This document shows positions 1 to 9,619 of a stretch of DNA of 41,410 nt, piece by piece. The notes below the pieces were generated by a model, which was not told where the DNA came from, searched no databases, and worked only from the letters and a program-made list of their open reading frames with translations. Made by a program: the position numbers and the translations under genes. How positions within the stretch are numbered: position 1 is the first letter of the stretch; every line of letters begins with the position of its first letter. Source of the stretch: Pseudomonadales bacterium (GTDB lineage: Bacteria > Pseudomonadota > Gammaproteobacteria > Pseudomonadales > JBFGWM01); contig JBFGWM010000001.1 of assembly GCA_041588495.1 (NCBI GenBank), positions 1 through 41,410 on the forward strand, given 5' to 3'.

Positions 1-665
1 ACCGTGCCCCCCTGGTTGACCATGCGCCCGTGATCCAGGGTCAGCACCCGCCGTTTCATGCGCGCAACCAGGGGCAGATCGTGGCTCGCGACAAGCACCG
101 TCACGCCAACCTGGTTGAACTGCCGGAACAGGGTCATGATCTCGGTCGACAATTGCGGGTCGAGGTTGCCGGTGGGCTCATCCGCCAGTAGCACCAGCGG
201 CTTGTTGACCACGGCACGCGCGATACCGACCCGTTGCTGCTCTCCCCCTGACAGGGCATGCGGAAGCGCCCGCTCGCGCTCGAGCAGGCCGACCTTGTCG
301 AGTGCCGCGCGCACCCGACGCCCGATATCGCGCGGGTTGTAGCCCGCCACCAGCAGGGGCAGTGACACGTTCTCATACACCGTCCGGTCCTGCAGCAGCT
401 GGTGATCCTGAAAGACCACGCCGATATTCCGACGGTGATGGGGGATACGCGAACGCCGCAGGGATCCGAGGTCCTGGTCGTTAACCACCACGCTGCCCGA
501 AGTCGGCCGCAGCATCATCATGATGATCTTCAGCAGGGTGGATTTCCCGGCGCCAGAGTGGCCGGTGACGAACACCATGTCGCCGCGCTTCACCTCGAAG
601 CTGACCCGGGACAGGCCCTCCTGCCCGTTGGGGTAGGCTTTGGTCACCTCGTCAAATACGATCAC
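1..665 (-). CDS. ftsE: Cell-division ABC ATPase FtsE (3' end runs off window)
   Basis: The minus-strand frame starts at GTG (663-665). It reads VIVFDEVTKAYPNGQEGLSRVSFEVKRGDMVFVTGHSGAGKSTLL (Walker A) and later LSGGEQQRVGIARAVVNKPLVLLADEPTGNLD (ABC signature plus Walker B). It lies immediately downstream of ftsY, as in ftsYEX operons. It is absent from the ORF track because it has no stop codon inside the window. Confidence 0.9.
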   Translation of the reverse strand, partial: MIVFDEVTKAYPNGQEGLSRVSFEVKRGDMVFVTGHSGAGKSTLLKIIMMMLRPTSGSVVVNDQDLGSLRRSRIPHHRRNIGVVFQDHQLLQDRTVYENVSLPLLVAGYNPRDIGRRVRAALDKVGLLERERALPHALSGGEQQRVGIARAVVNKPLVLLADEPTGNLDPQLSTEIMTLFRQFNQVGVTVLVASHDLPLVARMKRRVLTLDHGRMVNQGGT

Positions 666-683
666 GAGTGCCGGATTCCCGGG

Positions 684-1913
684 TCAGTTGAACAGGGCGC
701 GGACGAATTCGTCGGCGGCAAACGGACGCAGATCATCGATCGCCTCGCCGACGCCGATAAACCGGATGGGAATGCCCAGTTGGCGCGCGACCGCGAACAG
801 GATGCCGCCACGCGCGGTGCCGTCCAGCTTGGTCATGGCGATGCCGGTGACCTGCACCGCATCCTGGAAGGTGCGCGCCTGGCTCAGGGCGTTCTGACCG
901 GTGCCCGCGTCGAGCACCAGCAGTACCTCGTGCGGCGCCGTGTCGTCGAGCTTCCCCACCACGCGGGCCACCTTGCGCAACTCCTCCATCAGGTGATCCT
1001 TGTTGTGCAGCCGCCCCGCGGTATCGGCGATAACCACGTCGATGCCGCGCGCCCGCGCCGCCTCCACGGCATCATAAATCACCGATGCACTGTCTGCGCC
1101 GGCCTGCTGGGCAATCACCGGGACCCGGTTGCGTTCCCCCCACACCTGGAGCTGCTCCACCGCCGCGGCGCGGAAGGTATCGCCGGCTGCCAGCAGCACG
1201 CTGTGGCCGGCGAGGCCGAAGTAGTGGGCGAGCTTGCCGATGGTGGTCGTCTTGCCGGCACCGTTCACCCCGACCACCAGGATCACGTAGGGCTTGCGGT
1301 TCAGGTCCACCACCAGCGGCGCCTCGGTTGGCCTGAGGATGGCCGACAACTCGTCTCGCAACAGCGCGCGGACCGCCTCCGGCTCGGTAATGCCCTCCGC
1401 GCCCGCCCGGCTGCGCACCGCACCGACGATTGCGGTGGTGGCCTCAACACCGACATCGGCCATCAGGAGATGGTTTTCCAGTTCCTCCAGCAGGTCCTCG
1501 TCGATCCGGCCGGTGGCAAGCAGACCCTCGAGCCCACGCACCAGTTGGTCGCGGGTCTTGCCCAGTCCGCTGCGGATTCGCGCGAAGAAATCGACAGGTT
1601 CGGGTTCGGGTTCAACCGCCGGCTCAGGTTGAGCGACCGGCTCCGCCGCCGGCACGGGCTCCGTTTCCGGCGCACGGGGTGGAACAACCTCGGGTACCGG
1701 CGGAGTGACAGGCCGGGATACCGGTTCGGCAGCAGGCGCGACGACGGCCGGCTTCTTGGGTCGCAGGAACCAGAAAACGTAGCGCTGCTTCGGTGGACGG
1801 ACGACAGGCGGCGGCTCGGGTGGGCGCGGCTTCGACGGCTCCACTCGCTCGCCGGGCTTGGGACGGAGAAACTTGAAAACGTATCGGGTACGCGGCCGTT
1901 GCGGAGAATCCAT
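684..1913 (-). CDS. ftsY: Signal recognition particle receptor FtsY
   Basis: 409-aa ORF. The C-terminal NG domain carries VGVNGAGKTTTIGKLA, IADTAGRLHNK and TKLDGTARGG GTPase motifs. The N-terminal A region is Pro/Glu/Lys-rich. The exact start codon is not verified. Confidence 0.92.
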   Translation of the reverse strand: MDSPQRPRTRYVFKFLRPKPGERVEPSKPRPPEPPPVVRPPKQRYVFWFLRPKKPAVVAPAAEPVSRPVTPPVPEVVPPRAPETEPVPAAEPVAQPEPAVEPEPEPVDFFARIRSGLGKTRDQLVRGLEGLLATGRIDEDLLEELENHLLMADVGVEATTAIVGAVRSRAGAEGITEPEAVRALLRDELSAILRPTEAPLVVDLNRKPYVILVVGVNGAGKTTTIGKLAHYFGLAGHSVLLAAGDTFRAAAVEQLQVWGERNRVPVIAQQAGADSASVIYDAVEAARARGIDVVIADTAGRLHNKDHLMEELRKVARVVGKLDDTAPHEVLLVLDAGTGQNALSQARTFQDAVQVTGIAMTKLDGTARGGILFAVARQLGIPIRFIGVGEAIDDLRPFAADEFVRALFN

Positions 1914-2058
1914 GTCTGCTGTGCCTGAAATTCCAATGCTGCGCGGAGCCCGGGGCCGGGCTCCAATCTGGTTGTGCCCACCGGCAATGCGTTATCCTAC
2001 CACCTCGCTTCCCGTGTGCAGAGCACGCGCGACCAACACCCCAGGCCGACTGCCAATC

Positions 2059-3420
2059 ATGTCCATCCTGATCCGGAATATCACTGTTGTCCTGCTTCTC
2101 GTGGCGACCCTGCCGTGGTCCGGCCCGGGCGCATGGGCCGCACCACAGCGGACCCACGAATCGGTCCTGTCCAACGGCATGAAGATCGTGGTCCGTGAGG
2201 ACCACCGCGCACCCGTGGTGGTTTCCCAGGTCTGGTACCGGGTGGGTTCGACCTACGAGCCGCCGGGCATGACCGGGCTTTCCCACGTGCTCGAGCACAT
2301 GATGTTCAAGGGCACCAAGCACCTGGAGCCCGGAGAATTCTCAAAGATCGTTGCCCGCTTCGGTGGCCAGGAAAACGCCTTCACCTCCCGCGACTACACC
2401 GGGTACTACCAGGTCCTCGCTGCAGAACACCTGGAACTGTCCCTGCAACTGGAAAGTGAGCGCATGCAGAACCTGCGCATCGACGATGCGGAGTTCGCCA
2501 AGGAGGTCGAGGTGGTCAAGGAGGAACGCCGCCTGCGCGTCGACGACCGCCCGGACTCCGCGTTCTATGAACGGTTCCTGGCCACCGCCCACCTCTCCAG
2601 CAGTTATCGCCAGCCGGTCATCGGCTGGATGCACGACCTCGACCACATGCAGCCGGACATGCTGCGTGACTGGTACCAGCGCTGGTATTCGCCCGGCAAC
2701 GCACTTCTGGTGGTGGTCGGTGCGGTCGACCCCGCAAACGTATTCCAGCTGGCACAGAAGTATTTCGGAAACATTCCGCAGCGCAGCGTTCCCGCGCCGC
2801 GCGAGCCACTGGAAATCGCACACCCCGGGGAACGCCGGATCCGGGTTCACCTGCGCACCGAACTGCCGCGGCTGTATGTCGCCTACAACGTCCCCTCGGT
2901 CGCCACCGCGGAACACGACTGGGAACCTTATGCACTGCGCATGCTTGCCGGCGTGCTCGACGAGGGCTACAGCGCGCGCTTCGAATCGGAACTGGTGCGT
3001 GGGTCGGAGACCGCCCTCAGCGCAGGAGTCAGTTACTCGCCGTTCTCGCGGGGCGACGCCCTGTTCACCATTTCCGGTGTTCCCAATATCGGTCGCGGCC
3101 AGTCAAACGCCGCACTCGAGGAGGCCTTCCGGGAACAGGTCGCACGGATCAGCACGGAGCCTCCGTCTGCGGCGGAAATGCAACGCGTGCGCGCCCAGGT
3201 GATCGCGGGGCTGGTGTTTCACCAGGATTCCCTGAACGCCCAGGCCAACCTGGTCGGCTCCCTGGAAAGCATGGGGCTGTCCTGGCGCCTGCTCGAGGAC
3301 TACGTACCCCGGCTCGAAGCGGTCACCCCGCAGCAGGTGAGCGAGGTCGCAGCACGCTACCTGGTCGCGGAGCGGCGCACCACCGGTGAGTTGCTGCCGA
3401 CCGCGGACAACGGGAGTTGA
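2059..3420 (+). CDS. M16-family zinc peptidase, catalytically competent subunit (secreted)
   Basis: The internal ATG at 2059 gives a signal-like N-terminus, MSILIRNITVVLLLVATLPWSGPGAWAA. The inverted zincin motif HVLEH (HVLEHMMFKG, nt about 2284-2298) is present. The track ORF start at 1858 overlaps the ftsY 5' end and is rejected. Confidence 0.85.
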   Translation: MSILIRNITVVLLLVATLPWSGPGAWAAPQRTHESVLSNGMKIVVREDHRAPVVVSQVWYRVGSTYEPPGMTGLSHVLEHMMFKGTKHLEPGEFSKIVARFGGQENAFTSRDYTGYYQVLAAEHLELSLQLESERMQNLRIDDAEFAKEVEVVKEERRLRVDDRPDSAFYERFLATAHLSSSYRQPVIGWMHDLDHMQPDMLRDWYQRWYSPGNALLVVVGAVDPANVFQLAQKYFGNIPQRSVPAPREPLEIAHPGERRIRVHLRTELPRLYVAYNVPSVATAEHDWEPYALRMLAGVLDEGYSARFESELVRGSETALSAGVSYSPFSRGDALFTISGVPNIGRGQSNAALEEAFREQVARISTEPPSAAEMQRVRAQVIAGLVFHQDSLNAQANLVGSLESMGLSWRLLEDYVPRLEAVTPQQVSEVAARYLVAERRTTGELLPTADNGS

Positions 3421-3428
3421 CCCCGCTG

Positions 3429-4880
3429 ATGCAGAATTACAAGCCGATCTTCAGCCGCCGGTTTCTATGGGCCCTGGTGATCGTGCTGCCACTGGTCATC
3501 CTGTTCCTGGGTCGTGGCGGGCACCGCGAGGACCCCGTCTCCACGGAGGCGCCCGCGCAAGCCGTGACCGCAAGCGAGTTTCGCCTTTACGCGGGCAGCG
3601 AGCAGGCGCCGCAACGCCGTCCCCTGCAGATCCAGGTCCTTGATGATGCGGTGGGCGCCCGCACCCTGTTCGTGGCGGCGCCGGAGCTGCCAATGCTGGA
3701 TATCCGCCTGGTGTTCGACGCCGGTGCAGCCCGGGACGGAACCCGACCCGGGCTTGCGGCACTGGTCAGTGCGCTCATTCCGGAGGGCACCACCCGCTCC
3801 CCGGCCTCTGAAATCGCGCGGCGATTCGAGTCAGTCGGGGCATCCTTCGGCACCGGGTCCTACCGCGACATGGCCACCATGGAACTGCGCAGCCTGGTCA
3901 AGCCGGAATTGCTCGACCCGGCCCTGGCCACGCTCCGCGAGATCCTTGCTGACGTGAGTTTTCCGGATGATGCGCTGGAACGCGAGCGCAAGCGCATGCT
4001 GGCTTCCCTGCTGCACAAGAAACAGGACCCCGGACGCATCACCAGCGAGCAGCTGTACAAGGCGCTTTACGGCAATCATCCCTACGGTTCGCCGCCCGAC
4101 GGCACGGAGCAAAGCCTGCAGCAGATCACCCGGGAAGAAGTTCAGGATTATTACCGGCGTTACTACAACCGCGGCAACCTGCTGATCGCGCTCACCGGTG
4201 CGATCAACCGCGATCAGGCCACGCGAATCGCCGGGGAGATCGCCCAAATGCTGCCCGCGGGGGACCCCTCACCCCGCCCGCCCGAACCCGTTGCCCCGGA
4301 GGGTGATCTCGCGGTACGGGTCGAATTCCCATCCGCGCAGGCCCATCTTCGTCTGGGTGCCATCGGCGTCTCCCGTACCAGCGAGGACCTGGTCGCACTC
4401 AATGTCGGCAACGAGATTCTCGGCGGTGGCGGGCTGGTATCGACACTGCACCAACGCATTCGCGAGGAGCGCGGTCTCGCCTATTCCGTTTACAGCTACT
4501 TCTCGGCAATGCGGGTGCCCGGGCCTTTCGTACTCGGCCTGCAGACCCGTGCCGACCAGGCAGGTGAGGCGCTGGCCATCGCCCGCGAGACCCTCGAGGA
4601 ATTCCTCCGCGACGGGCCCAGCGCGGAACAGGTCGAGGAAGCACGTCGGCATATCCTGGGTTCCTTCCCGCTACAGACCGCGTCCAACCGCAGCATTGTC
4701 GGGCAACTCGGGGCTATCGGCTTCTATGGCCTGCCCCTGGACTACCTGGAGTCCTACCGCGCACAGGTCGCGAAGGTGCGCCGTGAGGACATCATTGCGG
4801 CGTTTCGTCGGCATATCGACCCCGACCAGCTGGTGAGCATTCGCGTGGGACCCGCCGACGCGACCGCCGTGGACCCATGA
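3429..4880 (+). CDS. M16-family peptidase-like protein, non-catalytic partner subunit (N-terminal membrane anchor)
   Basis: It has M16 architecture by eye (NHPYGSPPDG, LGGGGLVSTLHQRIREERGLAYSVYS). The position equivalent to HxxEH reads LAALVSALIPEG, with no His. The hydrophobic N-terminus is FLWALVIVLPLVILFL. The start is ambiguous: ATG at 3429 or TTG at 3417, the latter overlapping the upstream stop. Confidence 0.8.
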   Translation: MQNYKPIFSRRFLWALVIVLPLVILFLGRGGHREDPVSTEAPAQAVTASEFRLYAGSEQAPQRRPLQIQVLDDAVGARTLFVAAPELPMLDIRLVFDAGAARDGTRPGLAALVSALIPEGTTRSPASEIARRFESVGASFGTGSYRDMATMELRSLVKPELLDPALATLREILADVSFPDDALERERKRMLASLLHKKQDPGRITSEQLYKALYGNHPYGSPPDGTEQSLQQITREEVQDYYRRYYNRGNLLIALTGAINRDQATRIAGEIAQMLPAGDPSPRPPEPVAPEGDLAVRVEFPSAQAHLRLGAIGVSRTSEDLVALNVGNEILGGGGLVSTLHQRIREERGLAYSVYSYFSAMRVPGPFVLGLQTRADQAGEALAIARETLEEFLRDGPSAEQVEEARRHILGSFPLQTASNRSIVGQLGAIGFYGLPLDYLESYRAQVAKVRREDIIAAFRRHIDPDQLVSIRVGPADATAVDP

Positions 4881-5482
4881 AGGCCTCCCGCCGCGCGGGT
4901 TCCGACGCCGGAAGTGTCCGCATCATCGCCGGGCGCTGGCGCGGGAAACGGATTCCGGTACCCGATCTTCCCGGATTACGCCCCACCTCCGACCGCAGTC
5001 GCGAAACCCTGTTCAACTGGCTGCAGGGTGAGATTCCCGACGCGATCTGCCTGGATGGCTTTGCCGGCAGCGGCGCCCTGGGTCTCGAGGCATTGTCGCG
5101 TGGCGCGCTGCGGGTCGATTTCGTCGAATCGGCGAAACCGGCCGCACGCCATCTCGAAGCCCTTACGCGGGATATGAACGCGGAGGCCTGCAAGGTGCAC
5201 CATGCTGACCTGGGCGCCTGGCTTGCGGGAACGCGGCCTCCGGCGCAACCGGCTTTCGACCTCGTGTTCCTGGACCCGCCCTTCGACAGCGAACTGCTGG
5301 CGGGCATCTGCGCGCACCTCGAGCAGGGCAACTGGCTGGCGCCGGCGGCGTGGATCTATGTCGAGACTCCGGCTGCGGCCGGGCTGCCCGGCGTACCGCC
5401 CGGATGGCGGCTGCATCGGGAAATGAAAACCCGTGAGGCGGCCAACCGCCTGTACCGGCGCGGGGAGGCTCCCGCGCCATGA
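4877..5482 (+). CDS. rsmD: 16S rRNA (guanine966-N2)-methyltransferase RsmD
   Basis: Motifs RIIAGRWRGKRIPVP, LRPTSDRSRETLFNWL, LDGFAGSGALGLEALSRGA (SAM-binding) and FLDPPF. There is an ATGA start/stop overlap with the upstream gene. Confidence 0.85.
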   Translation: MKASRRAGSDAGSVRIIAGRWRGKRIPVPDLPGLRPTSDRSRETLFNWLQGEIPDAICLDGFAGSGALGLEALSRGALRVDFVESAKPAARHLEALTRDMNAEACKVHHADLGAWLAGTRPPAQPAFDLVFLDPPFDSELLAGICAHLEQGNWLAPAAWIYVETPAAAGLPGVPPGWRLHREMKTREAANRLYRRGEAPAP

Positions 5483-6507
5483 TCCGCCGGAGCAGCTTCC
5501 GGCCCGCCTGGTGGCTGCCGGGACCCCACCTGCAGACCATCTGGTCGAGCATCTTCAGGCGCCGGCTTCCCCTGGAACGTCGTCGCGAGCGATTCGAGCT
5601 CGCAGACGGCGACTTCGTCGACCTCGACTGGGTGGATGTTGACGACCCGCAGTCTCCCCTGGTCCTGATCCTCCATGGGCTCACCGGATCCAGTGATTCG
5701 AATTACGCATGGGGCCTGCAGCATGCCCTCAGGGGTCGCGGCTGGCGCAGCGTGGTGATGAACTTCCGCGGCTGCAGCGGTGAGCCCAATCGCCTGCCTC
5801 GCGCCTACCACTCGGGAGAAACCGGCGACGTCGACGAGGTCTGTGCCGCCCTGATGGACCGCGAGGACCGTCGACCGGTCGCCGCCGTGGGCTACTCCCT
5901 GGGCGGTAATGTCCTGCTGAAATGGCTCGGCGAGCGTGGCGCGTCGAGCCGGCTGGCCGCGGCGGTGGCGGTGTCCGTACCCTACCTGCTGGACCAGTGC
6001 CAGAAGCGCATGGACCGCGGCTTCTCGCGGGTCTACCGCAACCGCCTGATCGAACAATTGCAGAGCGGCGTCCGTGACAAGATCACCCACTTTGAAAAAC
6101 AGGCCCGCCACGATCACGCCGAGGCGCTGCGCGCGCTGGGCAACGTGTCCAGTTACCGTAATTTCCGCGACTTCGACGAATTCGTCACCGCCCGCCTGCA
6201 TGGCTTCCTGGGCGCGGATGACTATTACCAGCGCTCCAGCAGCATTCATTTCCTGCGCGACATCCGGGTGCCGACATTACTGCTGCATGCCGTCAATGAC
6301 CCCTTCACCTCGCGCATGGCGATCCCCGGACCCGGTGACCTGTCCCCGTCGGTCACCCTTGAACTCAGCGGCTCCGGTGGTCACGTGGGTTTCGTGGCGG
6401 GGCGTAATCCCCTGCGCCCCACCTACTGGCTTGAACAACGGATTCCCGATTTCCTCGCCACGCACCTGGAAGTGCCGCCGGAGCCACCCGCTCCGGGACC
6501 AATGTGA
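5479..6507 (+). CDS. YheT/ABHD-type alpha/beta-fold hydrolase
   Basis: The N-terminal FRPAWWLPGPHLQTIW is typical of the YheT family. LHGLTGSSDS and the nucleophile elbow GYSLGGN are present. There is an ATGA overlap with rsmD. Confidence 0.8.
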   Translation: MIRRSSFRPAWWLPGPHLQTIWSSIFRRRLPLERRRERFELADGDFVDLDWVDVDDPQSPLVLILHGLTGSSDSNYAWGLQHALRGRGWRSVVMNFRGCSGEPNRLPRAYHSGETGDVDEVCAALMDREDRRPVAAVGYSLGGNVLLKWLGERGASSRLAAAVAVSVPYLLDQCQKRMDRGFSRVYRNRLIEQLQSGVRDKITHFEKQARHDHAEALRALGNVSSYRNFRDFDEFVTARLHGFLGADDYYQRSSSIHFLRDIRVPTLLLHAVNDPFTSRMAIPGPGDLSPSVTLELSGSGGHVGFVAGRNPLRPTYWLEQRIPDFLATHLEVPPEPPAPGPM

Positions 6508-6555
6508 TCTAAACTTTGAGTCCCGCGAGCCCGCCCGCCGAACCAGGTACCCCGC

Positions 6556-7137
6556 ATGCTTTCACGTCACCCGGACGCTGCACCCAGGAACCCGGGCCGC
6601 CGTGAATTCCTGCGCGACACCCTCGCCGGCAGCCTGCTCCTTGCAACCGGTGCGCTGGGCGGCGGCCTTTCCGGCTGTAGCCGCCAGGACGGCGCGGAAA
6701 AGCGCTTCCTGCTGCTGCGCGAGTCCGACGTCCCGCTGATCGAGGCGCTGATGGCGGTGATCATCGGCCCGCGCCTGCCAGACCCGGCACAAGCCCGGTC
6801 GGAAGCACTGGAGCAGGCCGTGTTCAGCTATGACTCGCTGCTTTACCACACTTCCGCCGCACGCCATGAAGAGATCCTCGAACTCTTCGATCTCCTCAAG
6901 TTCCCGCTCACCCGCATCATTTTCGCGGGTGTCTGGCAGGGCTGGAGCAAGGCACCCGAGGAGGAGGTTCGTGGATTTCTCGCGCGCTGGAAAAGCAGCG
7001 ACGCACGGGTCCTCAACCAGGCTTACGATGCGCTGGTGCGTACCACGCAACAGGCCTGGTACGCGGTGCCCGGGCACCTTGCCGCGAGCAGTTACCCGGG
7101 CCCCCCGCCGCATGCCCGCGCCCTGTTCGGAAACTGA
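6556..7137 (+). CDS. Twin-arginine-signal lipoprotein, small subunit-like partner of the downstream GMC oxidoreductase (gluconate 2-dehydrogenase subunit-3-like context)
   Basis: A Tat motif GRREFLRD is followed by a hydrophobic stretch and a lipobox-like LSGC (Cys41). It lies 10 nt upstream of a signal-less flavoprotein gene. The family assignment rests on context and signal only. Confidence 0.7.
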   Translation: MLSRHPDAAPRNPGRREFLRDTLAGSLLLATGALGGGLSGCSRQDGAEKRFLLLRESDVPLIEALMAVIIGPRLPDPAQARSEALEQAVFSYDSLLYHTSAARHEEILELFDLLKFPLTRIIFAGVWQGWSKAPEEEVRGFLARWKSSDARVLNQAYDALVRTTQQAWYAVPGHLAASSYPGPPPHARALFGN

Positions 7138-7146
7138 GTCACCGCG

Positions 7147-8748
7147 ATGACCGTGGTACGCGATTTTCTCCGCGAGGGCATTGCCGGCGGCTGGAAGGTG
7201 CATGACGCATCCGCGCTGGAGGACGACCTCGCCCTGGAAGCCGATGTGGCCATTGTGGGCAGTGGCGCCGGCGGTGGCGCCGCTGCCGAGATCCTCGCCC
7301 GGTCCGGGCTCCGGGTGATCCTCGTTGAAGAGGGCGCGTTTCGCACCAGCAGCGATTTCCGCATGCAGGAAGCCGGCGCGTATCGCGAGTTATACCAGGA
7401 GCACGGACTGCGCACTTCCGCCGCGGGAGCGGTCAGCATCCTGCAGGGCCGGATGGTTGGCGGGTCAACCGCCGTGAACTGGAGCAACCACGCGCGCACC
7501 CCGGAGGCGACCCTCGACCATTGGGCACGGACCCACGGCGTGGAAGGCCTGGGCACTGCCGACCTCGAACCCTGGTTCCGGCGCTTCGAGGAGCGTTTGG
7601 GCATCACCACCTGGGTCATGACGCCAAACGCCAATAACAGCGTGCTGCAGCGCGGCTGCGAAAAACTTGGCTGGCGCTGGAACCCGGTGCAGCGCAATGT
7701 GCGCGGCTGCTGGAACCTCGGATATTGCGGGCTGGGCTGCCCGACCAACGCCCTGCAGTCGATGCTGGTCACGGCGGTTCCGGACATCCTGGGGCGCGCT
7801 GCCGTGCTGGTTCATCGCGCGCGCTGCGCACGCCTGCAAATTGCCGCGGGGCAGGTCACCGGACTGCTGTTGGAAGCCATGCACCCGGATGGCGTCCGCC
7901 CCACCGGGCGCCGGGTGACGGTCTCCGCACGCCACTACGTGCTGGCCTGCGGCGCCATCGGCAGCCCTGCACTGCTGTTGCGATCCGCGGCTCCCGATCC
8001 CCACCTGCGTACCGGCAAACGCACGTTCCTGCAGCCGGCAAGTCTCTCCCTGGCTGATTTCGAGGAGCGCATCGAGGCCTACCATGGCGCCCCGCAATCC
8101 GTGTCCTCGGAGCATTTCCTGGGGTCCCCTGACCAGCCGGGGCCACTGGGTTACCGGATCGAGGCATTGCCACTGCACCCATTCCTCGTGGCGGGCATGC
8201 TCACCGGCCATGGCCTGTTTCACGCCGAGATCATGCGTCGACTGCCTCACGCGAGCGGGCTGCTCGCCATGCTTCGCGACGGTTTTGCGGAACAGGACAC
8301 GGGCGGCACGGTGTCGGTGCGCGCAGACGGCAGTCCGCGACTCGACTACCCCATCGACGAGCGGGCGTGGGCGGGTTTTCGCAGCGCATGGTTGTCGATG
8401 GCGGAAATCCAGTTCGCGGCCGGCGCGCGGCGCGTACTTCCGCTGCACTTCGACGCCGAGCCCTACCGCAGCTATACCGCCGCCCGTGCCGGGATTCTCG
8501 CGCTGCGGCCGGCGAAAGTTCGCGCACGCCTGCTGAGCTACCAGGCCATGGGTGGCTGTTCGATGGGGCCCGACCCGCGCCACGCTGTGGTCGACAACGA
8601 GTGCCGACACCACCAGCTGGAAAACCTGTCGGTGTTCGACGCATCGGTGTTCCCCACCAGCATCGGCAGCAACGCCCAATTGTCGGTTTGTGCCATCGCC
8701 GCCTGCCAGGCCGACCGCCTGGCCACCCGCCTCGGGGCGGTCCGCTAG
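7147..8748 (+). CDS. GMC-family FAD-dependent oxidoreductase (no own signal peptide)
   Basis: The N-terminal dinucleotide fold is DVAIVGSGAGGGAAAEILARSGLRVILVEEG. GGSTAVNW is present. The C-terminal GMC region is GGCSMGPDP...VFDASVFPTSIGSNAQL. Confidence 0.85.
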   Translation: MTVVRDFLREGIAGGWKVHDASALEDDLALEADVAIVGSGAGGGAAAEILARSGLRVILVEEGAFRTSSDFRMQEAGAYRELYQEHGLRTSAAGAVSILQGRMVGGSTAVNWSNHARTPEATLDHWARTHGVEGLGTADLEPWFRRFEERLGITTWVMTPNANNSVLQRGCEKLGWRWNPVQRNVRGCWNLGYCGLGCPTNALQSMLVTAVPDILGRAAVLVHRARCARLQIAAGQVTGLLLEAMHPDGVRPTGRRVTVSARHYVLACGAIGSPALLLRSAAPDPHLRTGKRTFLQPASLSLADFEERIEAYHGAPQSVSSEHFLGSPDQPGPLGYRIEALPLHPFLVAGMLTGHGLFHAEIMRRLPHASGLLAMLRDGFAEQDTGGTVSVRADGSPRLDYPIDERAWAGFRSAWLSMAEIQFAAGARRVLPLHFDAEPYRSYTAARAGILALRPAKVRARLLSYQAMGGCSMGPDPRHAVVDNECRHHQLENLSVFDASVFPTSIGSNAQLSVCAIAACQADRLATRLGAVR

Positions 8749-9333
<585 letters not shown>

Positions 9334-9346
9334 TCGTGGAATCCTC

Positions 9347-9619
9347 ATGGCGCTGAAGATTACCGACGAGTGCATCAACTGCGATGTCTGCGAGCCGGAA
9401 TGTCCCAACGAGGCCATTTACCCCGGCGAACTGATCTACGAGATCGATCCCGATCGCTGCACCGAATGTGTCGGACATTTTGATGAGCCCCAGTGCCGCG
9501 CGGTGTGTCCCGTCGACTGCATTCCCAACGACCCGGACCGTGTCGAGTCACCTGCCCTCTTGTTGGAAAAGTACCGGAAACTGACTGCAGCGGCGCCCGG
9601 TCCGGGAACGGAGGCCTGA
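9347..9619 (+). CDS. YfhL-type 2x[4Fe-4S] ferredoxin
   Basis: MALKITDECINCDVCEPECPNEAIY and CTECVGHFDEPQCRAVCPVDC supply two cysteine clusters, each ending in CP. The internal ATG at 9347 is used. The stop overlaps the ggt start (TGATG). Confidence 0.85.
   Translation: MALKITDECINCDVCEPECPNEAIYPGELIYEIDPDRCTECVGHFDEPQCRAVCPVDCIPNDPDRVESPALLLEKYRKLTAAAPGPGTEA

Noticed and set aside
402-1928. 508-aa plus-strand ORF covering the ftsE 5' end and all of ftsY
   Set aside because: It is antisense to two genes with unmistakable GTPase and ABC motifs. Its composition is dominated by R, G, A, H and P, and it crosses a gene boundary. This is a typical open antisense frame in GC-rich DNA.
7465-8679. 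404-aa minus-strand ORF opposite the GMC oxidoreductase, and the plus-strand off-frame ORF 8367..9356
   Set aside because: The sense frame carries clear FAD and GMC motifs. The off-frame ORF bridges the GMC gene and coaD and is extremely Arg/Pro/Gly-rich.
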